From: Polyangiales bacterium | GTDB lineage: Bacteria > Myxococcota_A > Polyangia > Polyangiales > Polyangiaceae | Assembly (NCBI GenBank): GCA_038231275.1 | Contig: JBBRLQ010000009.1 | Span: 96,001 to 160,000 of the forward strand | DNA length: 64,000 nt | Direction: 5' to 3' | In this document: in pieces, positions 9,641 to 18,638 of the stretch | Layout of the letters: every line of letters starts with the position of its first letter | Position numbering within the stretch: position 1 is the stretch's first letter | Program-made: the position numbers and the translations under genes | The notes under the pieces: generated by a model | Told to the model about the DNA's origin: nothing | The model's input: the letters and a program-made list of their open reading frames with translations, nothing else | Database searches by the model: none

Positions 9641-11188
9641 ATGCAGACCGCGGGCGGCATCGGGCGGGCGCAGATGCGTCTCGGTCAGATGCTCGACGGA
9701 AAATGGCGACTCGATTCCCTCCTCGGGGTGGGCGGGAGCGCGGCCGTCTACGCCGCCACGCATCGCAACACCAAGCGCGCGGCGGTGAAGATCCTCCACC
9801 CCGAGCTGTCGACCCACGGCGAGCTCGTCGCGCGCTTCGTCCGCGAAGGGTACGTCGCCAACAAGATCGGGCACCCCGGCACCGTCGCGGTGCTCGACGA
9901 CGACACGAGCGAGGACGGCACCGTCTACCTCGTGATGGAGCTGCTCGACGGGCAGTCGCTCGATCGCTTCACGCGCCCCAACGAAGCACCGCTTCCGCTC
10001 CGCGACGTCGTCCGCTTGATGGATGATCTCCTCGAGGTGCTGACGGCGGCGCACGGGCATGGCGTCGTGCACCGCGACATCAAGCCGGCGAACCTCTTCC
10101 TGACGGATGATCAACGCCTCAAGGTCTTGGACTTCGGCATCGCGCGGCTCGCGGAGCCGCTCTCGGACGGGAGCGCGACGCAGACCGGGATGACGATCGG
10201 GACGCCCGCGTTCATGCCGCCCGAGCAGGCGCGCGGGCGATGGCAGCAGGTCGACGCGCGAACCGATTTGTGGGCGGTGGGGGCGACGATGTTCGCGCTG
10301 CTCACGCAGCGGCGGCCACGCATGGCGGAGACCGGCAACGAAGAGCTGCTCCTCGCGATGACCGCGCCGGTGCAGCCGATCCGGGAGGTCGAGCCGCGTG
10401 TCCCCGCCGAGATCGCGGGCATCGTCGATCGCGCGCTCGCCCTCGACATGGACAGCCGGTGGCAGGATGCGCGCGCGATGCAGCAAGCGCTGCGCGACGC
10501 CGTGAAGGCGCTCGCGGCGCGCGGCGCGGATTTGACGATGCCGGTCCCCACGGGCGGAGGCATGGGACCGCCGTCGCGGACGATCACGATGGGCGATCCG
10601 TCGAGCGCGCCTCTCGTGCCGCGAACGGCGGGGCTCGTGCCTCCCGCGCAGCTCACTCCGCCGCACCAGGTGACGCCGCCGCCGTATCCCCCGCCGGGCG
10701 CAGTGACCGGGCCGCGCGCGCCGCAGCACGTGCCGGCCGCGTTCGCGCAAACCGCGATGGGCGACGCGCTCACGACCGGCCGCGCGCTCCTTCAGAGCCA
10801 GCCCCCGCCGCCGAAGAGCGGGAAGGGCGCGCTGTTCCTCGGGCTCGGGCTCGGCCTCGTCGGGATCCTCACGCTGGGATTCGCGGCGCTCCGCTTCATG
10901 GGGACGCGCAGCGCGGCACCGGCCCGTCCCACCACCGCGATCGCGTCGCCCGCCCCGCCTCCGCCCGAGGTGAAGGATCTCCCGCCTCCGTTCGCGCCGA
11001 CCGCGGCCGCTTCGCCGACGCCGCCGCCGAGCGCCGACACCAACGCTGCCGTCCCGCCGCCGACCGCCGGCAAGCCGACCGCGAGCGCCGCGTCTCCGCC
11101 GCCGGGCCCTCCGCCGGTGACCCCGCGTCCGCGTCCGCGTCCTGCCGGCGGCGGAAAATCCGACGATCCGTTCGATCAGCGCTTCTGA
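9641..11188 (+). CDS. Membrane Ser/Thr protein kinase
   Basis: LGVGG, AVK, HRDIKPAN, DFG, Pro-rich linker, TM helix; start may be ATG 9674. Confidence 0.93.
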   Translation: MQTAGGIGRAQMRLGQMLDGKWRLDSLLGVGGSAAVYAATHRNTKRAAVKILHPELSTHGELVARFVREGYVANKIGHPGTVAVLDDDTSEDGTVYLVMELLDGQSLDRFTRPNEAPLPLRDVVRLMDDLLEVLTAAHGHGVVHRDIKPANLFLTDDQRLKVLDFGIARLAEPLSDGSATQTGMTIGTPAFMPPEQARGRWQQVDARTDLWAVGATMFALLTQRRPRMAETGNEELLLAMTAPVQPIREVEPRVPAEIAGIVDRALALDMDSRWQDARAMQQALRDAVKALAARGADLTMPVPTGGGMGPPSRTITMGDPSSAPLVPRTAGLVPPAQLTPPHQVTPPPYPPPGAVTGPRAPQHVPAAFAQTAMGDALTTGRALLQSQPPPPKSGKGALFLGLGLGLVGILTLGFAALRFMGTRSAAPARPTTAIASPAPPPPEVKDLPPPFAPTAAASPTPPPSADTNAAVPPPTAGKPTASAASPPPGPPPVTPRPRPRPAGGGKSDDPFDQRF

Positions 11189-11192
11189 AAAA

Positions 11193-12236
11193 ATGCCGAC
11201 ATCGCACCTTCCATCTACGACACGACGTCGCGCGAGCCGCTTCGCGTTGGCCGTGCGACTCGCGCAGATTTCGATCGCGAGTGGCGCCGTCGTCGTGAGC
11301 ACCACGACCGTCGCGTACGCCGAGCCGCGCGCCGATGAGCTCTTTCAGGAGGGACGCAAGGCGATGAAGTCCGGCGATTGGCCGGCGGCGCTCGCGAGCC
11401 TCTCCGCCAGCTACAAGATCGAGCCCGCGCCGGGGACGCTCCTCAACGTCGCCGAGTGCGAGCTGCACGTGGGCAAGCTCGTCGAGGCGCTCGAGCACTT
11501 CAAGCAAGTGGAGATCGCGCTACCGTCGCAAGACAAGCGACGCAACGTGGCGGTCGAGCGCGCGCTGTCGCTGGCGCCGCGTGTGCCGCGCGTCGTGGTG
11601 AAGCTCGGACCGTCGGCGCCGCCCGGCACCGAGGTGCTGCGCGGCGAGTCGCGCCTCGAGCCAGGCGCGACGACGCTCGTGAACCCAGGTCCCGTCGCGC
11701 TGCGCGTCACTGCGCCGGGCCGAAAAGAGCGCGCCCTCTCGATCACGGCGAAAGAGAACGAGACCGCCACCGTCGTCGCCGACTTCGGGGACGAGCCCGC
11801 GTCCACGACGTCTCCGGCGGTCGCGCCACCGCTCTCTTCGTCGCCGTCGAGCGCGGCGTCCTCGTCGGACTCGGGTCTGCGCGCGACCACGGCGGCATCG
11901 AACGGAAAGCGTACCGCGGGCTTCGTCGTCGGCGGCATCGGCATCGCGAGCCTCGGCGTCGGCGTCGTCACCGGCGTGATGGCGCTCGGCAAGGCGAGCA
12001 CGGTAAAAGACCACTGCGACCCGAACCTCGCGTGCGATCCCACCGGCGTGGACGCCGGCTCGAGCGGCAAGACGCTCTCGCTCGTCAGCACCATCACGGT
12101 GGCGGCGGGCGTCGTCGGGATCGGCGTGGGCGCCTTCCTCGTGCTCACCAGCAAAGGAAAATCGGCACCGACCACGGCCGTCGCGCCCGTGGTCACTCCC
12201 GACTTCGCCGGCGCGGCGCTCTGGAGGAGCTTCTGA
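11193..12236 (+). CDS. TPR/PEGA-like secreted-membrane protein
   Basis: Signal peptide, TPR helices, beta domain, Gly-rich hydrophobic C-terminal hairpin; typical myxobacterial kinase-downstream gene. Confidence 0.8.
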   Translation: MPTSHLPSTTRRRASRFALAVRLAQISIASGAVVVSTTTVAYAEPRADELFQEGRKAMKSGDWPAALASLSASYKIEPAPGTLLNVAECELHVGKLVEALEHFKQVEIALPSQDKRRNVAVERALSLAPRVPRVVVKLGPSAPPGTEVLRGESRLEPGATTLVNPGPVALRVTAPGRKERALSITAKENETATVVADFGDEPASTTSPAVAPPLSSSPSSAASSSDSGLRATTAASNGKRTAGFVVGGIGIASLGVGVVTGVMALGKASTVKDHCDPNLACDPTGVDAGSSGKTLSLVSTITVAAGVVGIGVGAFLVLTSKGKSAPTTAVAPVVTPDFAGAALWRSF

Positions 12237-13402
12237 TGGGCGCCCGCCCCAGCATCTTCGTCGGCGCGGCGATCCTCTTCGCCACCGGGTGCTCCATCGT
12301 CGCAGGCGTCAATTTCGGTGACGTGCACGGCAAGGACGAGATCGCCGGCGGCGCCGATGCCGGTGACGCAAGCACCGGAGGCGACGGCGGATCCATCGTG
12401 ATCGACGGCGGCGGCTCCGTCGTGGAGGACGGCGCGACGATCATCCTCGCCGACGCGGGCTGCGCCGCCGACGAGAGCTCGTGCAACGGCGCGTGCGTGA
12501 AGAAGACAGACCCGCAGTTCGGCTGCGGCTCCGCGGCGTGCATGCCGTGCTCCTTGCCGCTCACCACGAGCGCGAAGTGCGTCGCCGGAAAGTGCGTCCC
12601 CGACACCTGCGCGCAGGGGCGCGCCGACTGCGACCGCGATCCGGCGACGGGCTGCGAGGCGGATCTCTCCGCGCCCGCGAACTGCGGCTCGTGCTCGGTG
12701 GCGTGCAAAGCCCCGAGCGGCCTGTGCTCACCCACGGGCTGCGTGGGCGCGTGCCCGGCGGGGACCCAATCGTGCGGCACGTCCTGCGTCGACACGGGCA
12801 ACTCGGTGACCAACTGCGGGGCGTGCTCGAAGGTGTGCGGCTCGGCCGCGAACAGCGATCCGACCTGCGCCGGCGGGCAGTGCGGCATCGCGTGCCACAG
12901 CGGGTTCCAAGACTGCGACAGCAACGCGGGCAACGGCTGCGAGCCGCTCACGACGTTCTACCAAGACAGCGACGGCGACGGCGTGGGCGGCACCGGATCG
13001 ACGCTCGGATGCACGCCGCCCGCTGGCTACAAGGCGGCCGGCGGCGACTGCGACGACAACGAAGCGAGGGCGTTTCCCGGCCAAACGGCCTATTTCAACG
13101 CCGGCTACACCAACCTCGCCGGCGCCCTGTCGTTCGACTTCGACTGCGACGGCAACGAGATCGAATCGTCGACGAGCTCGTCCGATCACTTCATCGGGAC
13201 CTGCGGCACCGCGTGCGACAACCTCGGCTACCTCACCGCGTCCCCGGCGCGGAGCGGCGCCGGCGTGAACGCGTACTGCGGCAGCACGCGCTACCGCAAT
13301 TGCGTCCCGTCGGGCGTCCCCGTCGCGCCTCGCTCCAGCCAGCCCATCGGCGGCGGGTGCACGTCGACGATCGACGTGGCGGGCGCTGTATCCTGCAAGT
13401 GA
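12236..13402 (+). CDS. Cys-rich repeat lipoprotein with putative metal-binding (MopE-related) motif
   Basis: ATG overlaps upstream TGA; lipobox ATGC; NCG.C repeats; FYQDSDGDG...GDCDD..AFPG. Confidence 0.8.
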   Translation: MGARPSIFVGAAILFATGCSIVAGVNFGDVHGKDEIAGGADAGDASTGGDGGSIVIDGGGSVVEDGATIILADAGCAADESSCNGACVKKTDPQFGCGSAACMPCSLPLTTSAKCVAGKCVPDTCAQGRADCDRDPATGCEADLSAPANCGSCSVACKAPSGLCSPTGCVGACPAGTQSCGTSCVDTGNSVTNCGACSKVCGSAANSDPTCAGGQCGIACHSGFQDCDSNAGNGCEPLTTFYQDSDGDGVGGTGSTLGCTPPAGYKAAGGDCDDNEARAFPGQTAYFNAGYTNLAGALSFDFDCDGNEIESSTSSSDHFIGTCGTACDNLGYLTASPARSGAGVNAYCGSTRYRNCVPSGVPVAPRSSQPIGGGCTSTIDVAGAVSCK

Positions 13403-13450
13403 GCAAGTGAGCGGCGCAGGCACGACCGCACGCACGCCCGGGAGACGAAC

Positions 13451-14950
13451 GTGGCATCATTGAAAGCTCGAGTGGCGGCCATCCCCGACGGAGCGGGCGT
13501 GCTCTTCTTCGTCCAGCTCTTCGCGACGCTGGGCTTCGCGGTGCTGTACTCGACGCTGGTCCTGTACGCGACGAAGCACCTGCATTTCTCGACGAAGGAC
13601 GCGACCGCCGTCATGGGTGTGTTCGGCGCGTTCAACTACGGGTTGCACCTGTTCGGCGGGTACCTCGGCGGTCGCTTCTTGAGCAACCGCAACCTCTTCG
13701 TCGGCGGCATGGCGCTGCAGGTCTTCGGCTGCGGCTGCATCGCTGGCGGGACGGTGAGCCTGCTTTATTGGGGACTCGCGCTGTTTCTCACCGGCAGCGG
13801 GCTGAACGTCACGTGCCTCAACATGATGCTCACGCAGCGGTTCAAGCCGGACGACGTGCGCCGCGAGGGCGCCTTCCTCTGGAACTACGCCGGCATGAAC
13901 GTCGGCTTCTTCATCGGCTTCACCGCGGCAGGGCACTACCAGCTCACCGAAAATTATTCGGGCCTCTTCACCTTCGCGACGATCGGGAACATCGTGGCGA
14001 TCGTCCTCGCTGCAACCTTCTGGAAGACGCTCGCCGACCGCGACACGCCGCTCGTCGAGGTCGACGCCCGCAAGTTCAGGGTGCGCTTCGCGGTCGGTCT
14101 CGGCGTCCTCGGCGGTCTCGTGCCTATCGTCTGGTTCCTCCTCCAGCGGCCCCACGGCACCGAGACGCTGGTGAAGGGCATCAGCGCCGTCGTCGCGCTC
14201 TCGCTCGCGTGGCTCGCGTGGAAGCACCGCGACGCGCGCGAGCGGAACAACATGTGGGCCTACCTGATGCTCACGATCGGCTCGCTGGTGTTCTGGGCGC
14301 TCTACCAGATGGCACCGAGCGGGCTGCAGCTCTTCGCGGTGAACAACGTCGATCGCCAGGTGCTCGGCGTCGAGGTCGCGCCGCAGTGGATCCAGAACAT
14401 CAACACGGTGGTCATCGTGGTGGGTGGCCCGCTGATGGCGGCGCTCTTCACGCGGCTGCGCGCGCGCGGCTTCCGCATCGACGTGCCCAAGCAGTTCTCG
14501 GCGTCGCTCATCCTGATGGGTCTCGGCTTCCTCGCGCTCCCGGTGGGCATCGCGCTCGCGGACGACAAGGGGATGGTCGCCTTCTCGTGGCTCTTCGGGA
14601 GCTACGTCCTTCAGAGCATCGGCGAGCTCCTGATCTCGCCGGTCGGCTACGCGATGATCGGCAAGCTCGCGCCGCGGCAGTACCAAGGCATCATGATGGG
14701 CGCGTGGATGCTCGTCACCGGCCTCGCGTCGTTGTTCGCCGGCGACTTCTCGGGGATGGTGCCGGAGCCGAGCCAGGGCTCCGCGCTCGTGACCAACCCC
14801 GTCTACTCGAAGCTCTTCGCCACGCTCGGCAGCGGGAGTGTCGTCGTCGGCGTGGTGTTGGTGCTCCTGACGCCGCTCCTGCGGAGGCTCATCACCGACA
14901 AGGAGGCGCCCGCCGAGCCCGCGCTCGCGCCCGAGGGCGCCGGGGCGTAG
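13451..14950 (+). CDS. POT/PTR-family (MFS) oligopeptide:H+ symporter
   Basis: About 14 TM segments; YAGMNVG, GELLISPVG, LAP..YQGIMMG motifs. Confidence 0.9.
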   Translation: MASLKARVAAIPDGAGVLFFVQLFATLGFAVLYSTLVLYATKHLHFSTKDATAVMGVFGAFNYGLHLFGGYLGGRFLSNRNLFVGGMALQVFGCGCIAGGTVSLLYWGLALFLTGSGLNVTCLNMMLTQRFKPDDVRREGAFLWNYAGMNVGFFIGFTAAGHYQLTENYSGLFTFATIGNIVAIVLAATFWKTLADRDTPLVEVDARKFRVRFAVGLGVLGGLVPIVWFLLQRPHGTETLVKGISAVVALSLAWLAWKHRDARERNNMWAYLMLTIGSLVFWALYQMAPSGLQLFAVNNVDRQVLGVEVAPQWIQNINTVVIVVGGPLMAALFTRLRARGFRIDVPKQFSASLILMGLGFLALPVGIALADDKGMVAFSWLFGSYVLQSIGELLISPVGYAMIGKLAPRQYQGIMMGAWMLVTGLASLFAGDFSGMVPEPSQGSALVTNPVYSKLFATLGSGSVVVGVVLVLLTPLLRRLITDKEAPAEPALAPEGAGA

Positions 14951-15118
14951 CGGCGATCGGCGATCCAGAAACGCACGCGCTCGAGCGCTCGGCGAAGGTT
15001 GGAGTAGCCGATTCGTGCGGGTGTAGCCGTTCGAAGCACCACACGCGTCGCGCTCGCCGGTTTTCTGCGGGGATCGTCGCGGCACGCTGCGTGAAGAAGC
15101 AGGCCGCGGAGGTCCTGC

Positions 15119-16936
15119 ATGATCCATCTTTCGAAGAGGCACGTTCTTGCGCTCACGTTGCTCGGCTCCGTCGCCGCGTGCAGCGGTGACGCTCCCGAAG
15201 AGGCCGCGTCGACGGGCGCGAGCAGCTACGCCACGAGCTCCTTGCTCTGGGGCACGGCCCTGGGCTGGATCGACCGCGACGCCTGGGGCGGTCCCATCAA
15301 CATCGCGCGGCACGCCGACCAGATCGCGTGCGACATCCGATCCGTCGGCCTCACGTGGGTCCGCGTCGACGTGGGCGCCCACGACGGCGACGCCGACATG
15401 AACGCCGTGCGCGATTTCATCGGTCAAATGCACGATCGCGGCGGCAAGGTCCTCGTCCTCGTGAACGGCGAGAGCTTCTTGCCGGGGAACGTCGACCCGC
15501 TGGACCCCGGCGGCGAGACGCGCGCGTGGGCGGACGCGTACGTCGCGCGCATGAATCGTCTCATCGACAGCGAGCTCACCGGGCGTTCGCGCGCCGACGC
15601 GTACGAGATCGGGAACGAGTGGAACTCCACGCTGCCGGTGTCGCCGAGCGCCGACGCGTACCTCCTCGATCGCGTCTGGCGCGAGGTGAAGCTCCCCCAC
15701 GGCGGAGGCGCGCCGCTCATCGTCTCGGGCGGGACGCTCGAGGCGCGCATCGACGCGAGCTACGACGGCAACGGAGACCCCGCGCGATGGTGGAGCGGTC
15801 TGTTCGCGGCGCTCGGACGCCTCCGCGCGGTCGGGCGCGCGAGACCCTGGGACGCGTTCGGCGTCCATCCCTACAACGGCCGCGAATACCGCACGCTCAA
15901 GGACAATTTGGTCACCTGGACACGCGCCGACGAGGCCTGGAAAAACAGTGTTCTGAAAGACCTCGGCGACCTTCAGGGCGGTCTCTCCGCGATTTACGGC
16001 GGCCCGTCGCCCCTCTGGGCCACGGAGGTCGGTTGGTCCTCGTCGACCACGCATCCCTTGTGCCCCGGGGATACGCCGCCTGATGGGTGGGGTGCCGCGG
16101 CGAGCAATCCCGACGAACAAGCCAACACGTTCGGCTTGGCCGACCAAGTCTTGAGCGGGAACGTCGACGTGGCCTTTTGGTACACGTACAGGGACGACGA
16201 GTACGTGTGCCCGGGCGGGCAGAACTTCGTGAACGGCATGCGCCAGAACAGCGGCGCGGGGTACGCGCGAAAGCCGCTGTATTCGCGGATCGCCGCGCGC
16301 TTCGGAAAAAGCGGCGACGGAGCGTGCTACGGAGGCGCACCGTCGGCGGGCGCGAAGTTCTGTCCGGAGGGCAGCGTACCGCGCGATGACATGGCGGTGT
16401 TCCTCGAGCGCCTCAACCAGGCCTCCGGGTATCAGCCGCCTTCGTATCCGCTTCGCTTCGCCGACGTCGACCCGAACGATTGGCATGCGACGTTCATCGC
16501 GGCGCTCGATCACGACGGCATCACACACGGAGTCGGGCCCGACGCGTACGGGCGGCCGCTCTACGCGCCGCACGATTCGGTGCCGCGCGAGCAGATGGCC
16601 GCGTTCTTCGTCCGTAAGCGGTACGGCTCGAGCTTCCCGCGGACGACGACGCGCTTCTCCGACGTTCCCGAGTCGAACGTCTTCTCGGGCGACATCGAAG
16701 TCCTCGCCGGAATGAGCGTCACCAAAGGGTGCGGGCTCGACGAGCAGGGACGGCTGAAGTTCTGCCCCAGCCAGCTGATTCGGCGCGACGAGATGGCCGC
16801 GTTCCTGACGCGCTACGAGCGTGGGGCCTCGATGCCCAAGACGGCGACGCGCTTCTCCGACGTCGACCCGAACTCGGACTTCACGGGCGACGTCGAGCAC
16901 ATGGTCGACGAAGGGATCATGGCGCCGTGCCCGTAG
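15119..16936 (+). CDS. Lipoprotein: clan GH-A glycoside hydrolase plus S-layer homology repeats
   Basis: RBS GGAGG, lipobox VAAC, YEIGNE (acid/base), VHPY, WATEVG (nucleophile), FSDV...GIT.G...R.EMA.F repeats. Confidence 0.8.
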   Translation: MIHLSKRHVLALTLLGSVAACSGDAPEEAASTGASSYATSSLLWGTALGWIDRDAWGGPINIARHADQIACDIRSVGLTWVRVDVGAHDGDADMNAVRDFIGQMHDRGGKVLVLVNGESFLPGNVDPLDPGGETRAWADAYVARMNRLIDSELTGRSRADAYEIGNEWNSTLPVSPSADAYLLDRVWREVKLPHGGGAPLIVSGGTLEARIDASYDGNGDPARWWSGLFAALGRLRAVGRARPWDAFGVHPYNGREYRTLKDNLVTWTRADEAWKNSVLKDLGDLQGGLSAIYGGPSPLWATEVGWSSSTTHPLCPGDTPPDGWGAAASNPDEQANTFGLADQVLSGNVDVAFWYTYRDDEYVCPGGQNFVNGMRQNSGAGYARKPLYSRIAARFGKSGDGACYGGAPSAGAKFCPEGSVPRDDMAVFLERLNQASGYQPPSYPLRFADVDPNDWHATFIAALDHDGITHGVGPDAYGRPLYAPHDSVPREQMAAFFVRKRYGSSFPRTTTRFSDVPESNVFSGDIEVLAGMSVTKGCGLDEQGRLKFCPSQLIRRDEMAAFLTRYERGASMPKTATRFSDVDPNSDFTGDVEHMVDEGIMAPCP

Positions 16937-16944
16937 CGCGCTCG

Positions 16945-17733
16945 TCATCGACGACGCGTCGCGAGCACGAGTAAGAGAACGAAGAAGAAGAGCCACGGGG
17001 CGGCGGCGTGCTTCGGCGCGTCGCCGCTTTTTCGTGAGACGGTGCAGGACGACGACGTCAGGGGATCGACGTCGAGAAAGGGCTGGACGAACGCGAGGAC
17101 AGGGCCCGTGACACGCACCGCGAAGGCTTCGCGCGCGCAGGCGCCGTCTCCATGCGAGATGACGCCGACCACGCGCGTCACGCCGTCCTCGCCGAGGAGG
17201 AGCACGGGCCCGCCGGAGTCACCGATGCACGGGAGCGCGGGCGCTGGCGTCAGGAGAAGCAACGGGCCATCGCCCGTGGCCGCGCTCGTCCCGCGGCGCC
17301 GCGTCCCCCCTCCCTTGCCGGGGGACAGGTCGCCGAAACCGGCCACGCCGACGGGACCGCCCTGCGCGTCGCCCATCTCGAGCGGCCCGACCGGCGCGTC
17401 GGATGCGAGGACGAGGACGGCGACATCGGACGCGAGCGTCGCCGGATCGAACGAAGGCGCGACGTGCACCGACGCGACGGCGACCTCGGCGTCCCCGGCT
17501 TCCCCGACCCCCACCGCGTCCGGTGTTCCATCTTCCAGGCAATGCGCCGCCGTGAGCACGGCGCGTCGTGCGATCACGGCCCCCGAGCAGACGGTGCTCC
17601 CATGGGCGATGACGCGAACGACCGCGAGATCGCCCACGTCGCCCGCGCCATGCGAAATGGCGGCGGCGGTCGTCGTCATGAACGAGACCGCCGCCGCCAC
17701 GAAGCACGCATGAATTCCCATCCGGCGACGCAT
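16945..17733 (-). CDS. Trypsin-like (S1) serine protease with C-terminal membrane anchor
   Basis: TAAHC, DVAVL, GDSGGP triad; C-terminal Cys-linker-TM-RRR (MYXO-CTERM-like). Confidence 0.9.
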   Translation of the reverse strand: MRRRMGIHACFVAAAVSFMTTTAAAISHGAGDVGDLAVVRVIAHGSTVCSGAVIARRAVLTAAHCLEDGTPDAVGVGEAGDAEVAVASVHVAPSFDPATLASDVAVLVLASDAPVGPLEMGDAQGGPVGVAGFGDLSPGKGGGTRRRGTSAATGDGPLLLLTPAPALPCIGDSGGPVLLLGEDGVTRVVGVISHGDGACAREAFAVRVTGPVLAFVQPFLDVDPLTSSSCTVSRKSGDAPKHAAAPWLFFFVLLLVLATRRR

Positions 17734-17748
17734 CCGCCGCCCCTCGAG

Positions 17749-18432
17749 CTACTTGAGTCCGCCGGCGCCGCCGCCCCCGCCGCAGTACCCGCCGCACGGA
17801 TCGCCGTCGTCCGAGCCGCCGCAGCTGTCGGCCGCAGCACGGACGGACTCGTAGCACTCCGCGGTGCTGTTCGCGCAGAAGTCGACGGCGCCCGTCTCGA
17901 GCGCTTCGAGGCATTCGGGGATGGCGACGAGGCAGTGCAGGAGCGCCCACGCGGAGTCGGAGCCGCACCCGTACACGACCTTGTCGCCCGAGAGGTACGC
18001 CTTCAAGTCCGTCGACGCTGCGGTCGCGAAGTGCTTCTCGCTCGACGTGAGCGTGTTGACGCCGACCTTCCCGGTGCGCTCGATCTGCAAGACGCCCTTC
18101 GTCGCGCTCATCGACGCGAACGTCACCGGCGACCCTGCGGTCTCGGTGTCGACGAAGACGCGCGTTCCCATCACCGCCTTCCCGTCGGCGCCGACGCCCA
18201 CGATTTGCTTGCCGGTCTTTCGAGGCACGACCTTCCACGAGGCCACGCCGGTGGTGCGCGTCGTCTCCGCAGAAGCGGGGACGGTGTATCTCGAAGCCGG
18301 CGCCGAATAGCCGCTTCCCGTCGTCGTCTGCGCGCCGTCGCTCGTCGTCGGCGACGAGCACGAGAACACGGCGAACGACGCCAGAACGAACGCCGCAGAC
18401 GGGACGAGCTGCTTGGGCGATGCCTTTTTCAT
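17749..18432 (-). CDS. Hypothetical lipoprotein with Cys-rich C-terminal peptide
   Basis: RBS AAGGAG, lipobox VFSC, 8 Cys in the last ~70 aa. Confidence 0.75.
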   Translation of the reverse strand: MKKASPKQLVPSAAFVLASFAVFSCSSPTTSDGAQTTTGSGYSAPASRYTVPASAETTRTTGVASWKVVPRKTGKQIVGVGADGKAVMGTRVFVDTETAGSPVTFASMSATKGVLQIERTGKVGVNTLTSSEKHFATAASTDLKAYLSGDKVVYGCGSDSAWALLHCLVAIPECLEALETGAVDFCANSTAECYESVRAAADSCGGSDDGDPCGGYCGGGGGAGGLK

Positions 18433-18484
18433 GAGGTTCTCCTTGATGGTCGTGATCGCGGGCGATGCCCGCACGACCGCCTTG

Positions 18485-18501
18485 AGCAGGTTGCGCGCCA
18501 A
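18485..18501 (-). promoter_or_regulatory. Candidate sigma54 -24/-12 promoter
   Basis: Minus strand TTGGCGCGCAACCTGCT (GG-N10-GC) ~50 nt upstream of ATG 18432; divergent sigma54 activator nearby. Confidence 0.6.
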
Positions 18502-18638
18502 CGAAGAATCGCCTTCGTGCCCGTGGGGCGGCGCGCGAGGCCCGCTCGATCCGGCTACTGCCTTCGCGCGCGGTGTAGCGGAACGCAGCAGTTCGCACGT
18601 CCCCGGCGCGCTCCGGGCGGCGTGGTAGGCTCGTAACG

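Noticed and set aside
15080..15095. Sigma54-like CGGCACGCTGCGTGAA upstream of the GH-SLH gene
   Set aside because: The -12 element is GA rather than GC; too weak to call
13457..16996. 1179-aa minus-strand ORF, and similar long ORFs (e.g. 208-1488, 50454-53450, 60441-63827, 32106-34151)
   Set aside because: Antisense or off-frame shadows of well-supported genes; Arg/Ala-rich with no motifs, as expected in high-GC DNA
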